Shown: piece after piece, positions 18,727-22,333 of the stretch
Position numbering within the stretch: position 1 is the first letter of the stretch
Layout of the letters: each line of letters opens with the position of its first letter
Origin: Candidatus Rokuibacteriota bacterium
GTDB lineage: Bacteria; Methylomirabilota; Methylomirabilia; Rokubacteriales; CSP1-6
NCBI GenBank assembly: GCA_016184305.1
Contig: JACPCX010000137.1
Location: forward strand, 1-22,333
Length of the DNA: 22,333 nt
Direction of reading: 5' to 3'
Notes under the pieces: model-generated
What the model was told of the DNA's origin: nothing
The model's input: the letters and a program-made list of their open reading frames with translations, nothing else
Database searches by the model: none
Made by a program: the position numbers and the translations under genes

Positions 18727-18754
18727 TTGCACAATGTCCGGACATGCGTATATT
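18727..18754 (+). promoter_or_regulatory. Sigma70-type promoter with a palindromic operator in the spacer
   Basis: -35 TTGCAC (18727-18732), 16-nt spacer, -10 TATATT (18749-18754); perfect palindrome ATGTCCGGACAT at 18734-18745; locally AT-rich. Confidence 0.75.
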
Positions 18755-18761
18755 CGCACTG

Positions 18762-19556
18762 ATGCGCCGGGGGCCCGTGCCGCTCTACCACCAGATCCAG
18801 GAGCTCGTCCGGGCGCGTATCGCTGCGGGCGACTACGCGGCGGGTGCGGCCCTGCCCACGGATGAGGCGCTGATGCGCGAGTTCGGCGTGAGCCGCCACA
18901 CGGTCCGGGCCGCGATCCAGCAGCTCGTGGCCGAGGGGCTCATCGAGCGCTTCCCCGGGCGCGGCAGCTTCGTCGTCGAGCGGGCGCGGCGGGCGAGCCG
19001 GTGGACGATCGAGTCGGTCGAGGACCTCATCGACACGAGCTTCGCCCACACCTACAAGGTCCTGTCCGCTCGCTTCATACCCTCGCGCGCCTTCCCGCGC
19101 ATCGCCGAGCTGCTCGGCGAGAGCCGGTCGCTGTTCCACGTCCGCGCCGTCCGCGCCTCGACGGAGGGGCCGTACGCGTACTCCAACGTCTGGTTCCCCG
19201 GGGACATCGGCGAGAAGCTCCCGCGTCACCTGTTCGCCAAGCGTCCGCTCGTGCTGCTCGTGGAGGAGTACTGCGGGTGGCCGGCGTTCCGCACCCTGCA
19301 GACGGCGCTCGCGGCGCTCGCGGACCGCGATGGCGCGCGACACCTGGGCGTCGCCTTCGGCGACCCCGTGCTCGTCCTCGAACGCACCTACTTCGGCGCG
19401 GACGACCATCCCCTCGAGCACACGCGCATCCAGTACCGCCCGGACCGCTACCAGCAGGTCGTGAACTTCTCGCGCCGGCAGGCGCCGCCGTACCTGCCGT
19501 CGCCCGAGACCGAGTCCCGGCACCCGAGAGGAGACCAGCATGGCGCCACGCGCTGA
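18762..19556 (+). CDS. GntR family transcriptional regulator, HutC/UTRA subfamily
   Basis: PLYHQI..LPTDEALMREFGVSRHTVRAAIQQLVAEGLIERFPGRGSFV winged HTH; UTRA-like C-terminus (PVLVLERTYF..PLEHTRIQYRPDRY). Confidence 0.93.
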   Translation: MRRGPVPLYHQIQELVRARIAAGDYAAGAALPTDEALMREFGVSRHTVRAAIQQLVAEGLIERFPGRGSFVVERARRASRWTIESVEDLIDTSFAHTYKVLSARFIPSRAFPRIAELLGESRSLFHVRAVRASTEGPYAYSNVWFPGDIGEKLPRHLFAKRPLVLLVEEYCGWPAFRTLQTALAALADRDGARHLGVAFGDPVLVLERTYFGADDHPLEHTRIQYRPDRYQQVVNFSRRQAPPYLPSPETESRHPRGDQHGATR

Positions 19557-20802
19557 CCGCTTCGGCCACCCGATCGATCCCACCGTCTCGTACGCGCGTG
19601 GGCCGATCCTCACGAGCGAGCTCGAGGAGACGCTGCGGCAGCGTCACGGGTACGAGTTGATCCGCGAGCGGGTCGCGCGCGGCGGTGACGACGCCGTCTT
19701 CAACCTGACGGGCCTGATCCGCGGCTTTCCGTTCAAGCCCGGCGACGACGCGTGGCTGCGCTCCTACATCCACTTCCACGCCAGGAACCACGGGGACCTC
19801 GAGACACTGGCCCTCAAGATTCTCGGCGGCGACCCGCAGGAGCACGACGGCTTCCTGGCGACCCGCGTGAGCGCCGGGATCCTGGCCGTCATGCTGGCCA
19901 CGCTCGCGCCGGACGACCTCGTGCTCTCGCTCGTGCCCGCCGACCGTTCGCACCCGTCGATCCGGCAGTCGGTGGACCTGGCCCGCGGCCGCTTCGAAGA
20001 GGTCATCGGCCTGCCCGCGTTCGAGGCGGCGCTCGCCAGTGGCGCGCGGCCGCGGCTCGTGGTGATCAGCACGATCGGCCCCTCCAAGCACCACCTGCCG
20101 GCGGCCGACGTCGTGGCCGCCGCGCGCTTGGCGCGCGGCGCGGGCGCCTTGCTCATGCTCGACGACGCCCACATGGCGGCGCGGCTCGCCTATTACGAGG
20201 AGGCGCCCGGGCTCGCCCTCGCGGACCCGGACGTCACGGTGTGGTCGCTGGACAAGCATCTCGGCGGCCCGCGCTCCGGCTTTGTGGCCGGGCGCAAGGC
20301 GCTGGTCGGGCGCGCGCGCGCCCGGGCCTTCGCGCTCGGGCTGGAGGCGCAGCCCGCGCAGTACGTGGCCGGCCTGCGCGCACTCGAGGCGTGGGATCCC
20401 GAGCCGATCCGCCGGTGCGGCGAGATGGCGCGGCGTCTGTTCCCGCTCCTTCAGGAATCCACGGGCGGGCGCGCGTACATGGCGGGCCCCGGGCTCGCCG
20501 TCGCCGGCGAGGATCTCCTCGACCTGGCGCTCGCGCGCGCGGCAGGCCGCCGGTCGTCGCTGGTACCGGTGGAGGCGGTGGCGGTGGCCTCGTTCGCGAT
20601 GATGGAGCGGGACGGCGTGATCACCATCCCGGTCACGGGCATGCCCGGCGCGGCATGCGTGGTGCGGCTCATGATGTACCCGGACGGGCTGCGGCTCGGC
20701 GACCGGACGGTGCTGGAGGCGGCCGCGCACGGCGTGGCGACGCTGGTCGACGTGCTCGACCAGCCGGAGCGCGCGTCGCGACTGATCCTCGGGGCGGCCT
20801 GA
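19540..20802 (+). CDS. SelA-like fold-type I PLP-dependent enzyme resembling the MJ0158 family; function unknown
   Basis: DDAH (PLP Asp), SLDKHLGGPRSG (PLP Lys, AAG 20254-20256), FNLTGL..GF, SHPSI and GLEAQP; RBS GAGGAG. Confidence 0.8.
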   Translation: MAPRADRFGHPIDPTVSYARGPILTSELEETLRQRHGYELIRERVARGGDDAVFNLTGLIRGFPFKPGDDAWLRSYIHFHARNHGDLETLALKILGGDPQEHDGFLATRVSAGILAVMLATLAPDDLVLSLVPADRSHPSIRQSVDLARGRFEEVIGLPAFEAALASGARPRLVVISTIGPSKHHLPAADVVAAARLARGAGALLMLDDAHMAARLAYYEEAPGLALADPDVTVWSLDKHLGGPRSGFVAGRKALVGRARARAFALGLEAQPAQYVAGLRALEAWDPEPIRRCGEMARRLFPLLQESTGGRAYMAGPGLAVAGEDLLDLALARAAGRRSSLVPVEAVAVASFAMMERDGVITIPVTGMPGAACVVRLMMYPDGLRLGDRTVLEAAAHGVATLVDVLDQPERASRLILGAA

Positions 20803-20819
20803 GCGGAGGGGAGAGAGGC

Positions 20820-22136
20820 ATGGACAGGGCGAAGGTCAAGGAGATCGTCGACACGTGGATGATTCCCACGCCGGGGACGGCGTACATGGCCGGCCTCGAG
20901 CACCGGCCGGTGCTCGCCTCGGCCTCGGGCAGCACCGTCGTGGACACCGGCGGGCGCGAGTACCTCGACTTCCAGTCGGGGCAGATGGGCGCCGCCCTCG
21001 GCCACCGACACCCGCGCGTGATGGCCGCCATCGCGGAGAGCACGCGAACGATCGTCCACGCGTCGAATACCATGCTGAACCGGCCGCGGCTGCTCCTGCA
21101 CGAGCGCCTCGGCCGGCTGCTGACGCCGCCGCTCCAGAAATCGCTGTTCCTCGTGAGCGGCAGTGACTCCATCGAGGCGTCCGTCGACCTCGCGCGCAAC
21201 GCGACGGGCGGGCACGACATCCTCGGGCTGCACGACGGCCTGCACGGCTCCACCTCGCTCGTGTCGCGCTCGCTGAGCTTCGGCTGGCAGCGGAGCAAGC
21301 ACGCGGCGGTGGCGCCGGGGACCTCCGCGATCCTCACGCCCGACTGCTACCGCTGCCCCGTCGCCACGCGCTACCCCGGCTGCGACTTCCTCTGTCTCAA
21401 GACGAGCTTCGAGCTGGCCGACGCCAACTTCACCGCCAGGCCGGCGGCCGTCATCGCCGAGCCGGTCCTCAGCGCTGGCGGGGTCATCGTGCCGCCGCCC
21501 GGCTACGTCCAGGCGCTCCGCCGGGCGTGCGACGAGCGTGGGATGCTCCTGATCTTCGACGAGGCGCAGACGGGCCTGGGGAAGAGCGGCAAGATGTTCT
21601 GCTACGAGCACGAGGACGTCGTCCCCGACGTCATGGCGCTCTCCAAGCACTTCGGCGGGGGGCTGCCGATCAGCGCCGTGTGCACCACGGCGGCGCTCGC
21701 CGAGCAGGCGGTCCGACGCGGCTACTTCGCGACGCGGTCGCACGCCACCGATCCGATCCTCTGCGCGGCGGGGCTCGCGAGCCTCGACGTGATCGTGGAG
21801 GAGGACATGCCGGGACGCGCGGCGCGCATCGAGCGGCGCATGAAGGGCGCGTTGACGGAGATGGCCAAGAAGTTCGAGATCATCGGCGACATCCGCGGCC
21901 GCGGCGTCCTGCTCGGCGTCGAGCTGGTGACCGACCGCGAGCGCAAGACGCCCGCGAACCAGGAGGCCGACGCCATCGCGCGCCACTGCCTGGACAACGG
22001 CCTCATCTTCCAGGTGCGCGGCAGCCACGGCCGCACGAACGTCCTCCGCTTCGTCCCGCCGATGGTGACGACGGATGCGGAGGTCGAGCGGGCCCTCTCC
22101 ATTCTCAACGATGCGTTCACTGCCGTCGCGCGCTAG
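20820..22136 (+). CDS. Class III PLP aminotransferase, 2,2-dialkylglycine decarboxylase (DgdA)-like
   Basis: YLDFQSGQMGAALGH, AEPVLSAGG, LIFDEAQTGLG, LSKH (Lys 21645-21647), GDIRGRG and LRFVPP motifs. Confidence 0.9.
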   Translation: MDRAKVKEIVDTWMIPTPGTAYMAGLEHRPVLASASGSTVVDTGGREYLDFQSGQMGAALGHRHPRVMAAIAESTRTIVHASNTMLNRPRLLLHERLGRLLTPPLQKSLFLVSGSDSIEASVDLARNATGGHDILGLHDGLHGSTSLVSRSLSFGWQRSKHAAVAPGTSAILTPDCYRCPVATRYPGCDFLCLKTSFELADANFTARPAAVIAEPVLSAGGVIVPPPGYVQALRRACDERGMLLIFDEAQTGLGKSGKMFCYEHEDVVPDVMALSKHFGGGLPISAVCTTAALAEQAVRRGYFATRSHATDPILCAAGLASLDVIVEEDMPGRAARIERRMKGALTEMAKKFEIIGDIRGRGVLLGVELVTDRERKTPANQEADAIARHCLDNGLIFQVRGSHGRTNVLRFVPPMVTTDAEVERALSILNDAFTAVAR

Positions 22137-22154
22137 CGCGCCAGGGAGGAATTC

Positions 22155-22333
22155 ATGAAGCGGATCGGACTCGGCATCGTCCTCGGCGCGGTCGCGATGC
22201 TCCTGACGCTCTCCCCGTGGTCGTACGCGCAGAAGATCAAGGCGCTCGCCGACGACGGCATGACCATGGTGATCGTCACGCACGAGATGCAGTTCGCGCG
22301 CGAGGTCGCCCACCGCATCGTGTTCCTCGATGC
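22155..22333 (+). pseudogene. Chimeric ORF: Sec-type signal peptide fused in frame to the C-terminal part of a polar-amino-acid ABC ATPase (GlnQ-like); runs off the window
   Basis: RBS GGGAGGA, then [27 protein letters not shown] followed directly by [32 protein letters not shown]. Confidence 0.78.

Noticed and set aside
19540..20802. Selenocysteine synthase selA or a selenoprotein system
   Set aside because: No selB, selD or tRNA-Sec and no in-frame UGA gene is seen in the window; the motifs fit an orphan SelA homologue better.
8424..22136. Apparent long N-terminal extensions or fusions in the ORF track (8424-10034, 8978-11239, 14755-16398, 15540-16925, 16301-18550, 19752-22136)
   Set aside because: The extensions overlap the preceding gene in another frame. 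True starts are marked by an RBS or stop/start overlap at 9006, 10031, 15568, 16395, 16922 and 20820.

Overview
High-GC bacterial DNA in which all 23 supportable genes lie on the + strand, mostly with overlapping stop/start codons. The content (two LIV-type ABC importers, luciferase-like oxidoreductases, CoA enzymes) is reminiscent of Ca. Rokubacteria/Methylomirabilota-type genomes; this is inference only. The window reads as three consecutive transcription units. (A) <1-6683: a LIV-type ABC transporter interleaved with a divergent HMG-CoA-lyase-family gene and ending in a class III CoA-transferase broken by an internal deletion/frameshift at 6116/6117. (B) 6821-18550: a 12-gene catabolic operon behind a TTGACG-N17-TAGTCT promoter, encoding an SDR, a PaaK-like CoA ligase, two LLM oxidoreductases, a complete LIV-type ABC transporter, a crotonase lacking both canonical Glu residues, a gamma-CA/CaiE/PaaY-like protein and an acyl-CoA synthetase. 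(C) 18762->22333: an apparently leaderless, autoregulated HutC/UTRA-type GntR regulator, a SelA-like PLP enzyme resembling the archaeal MJ0158 family, a 2,2-dialkylglycine-decarboxylase-like class III aminotransferase, and a chimeric ORF (signal peptide fused to the C-terminal part of a polar-amino-acid ABC ATPase). Unit C is the best candidate for an undescribed system: catabolism of an unusual amino acid. No RNA genes, CRISPR arrays or mobile elements were seen. All family calls come from motif recognition, not database searches.
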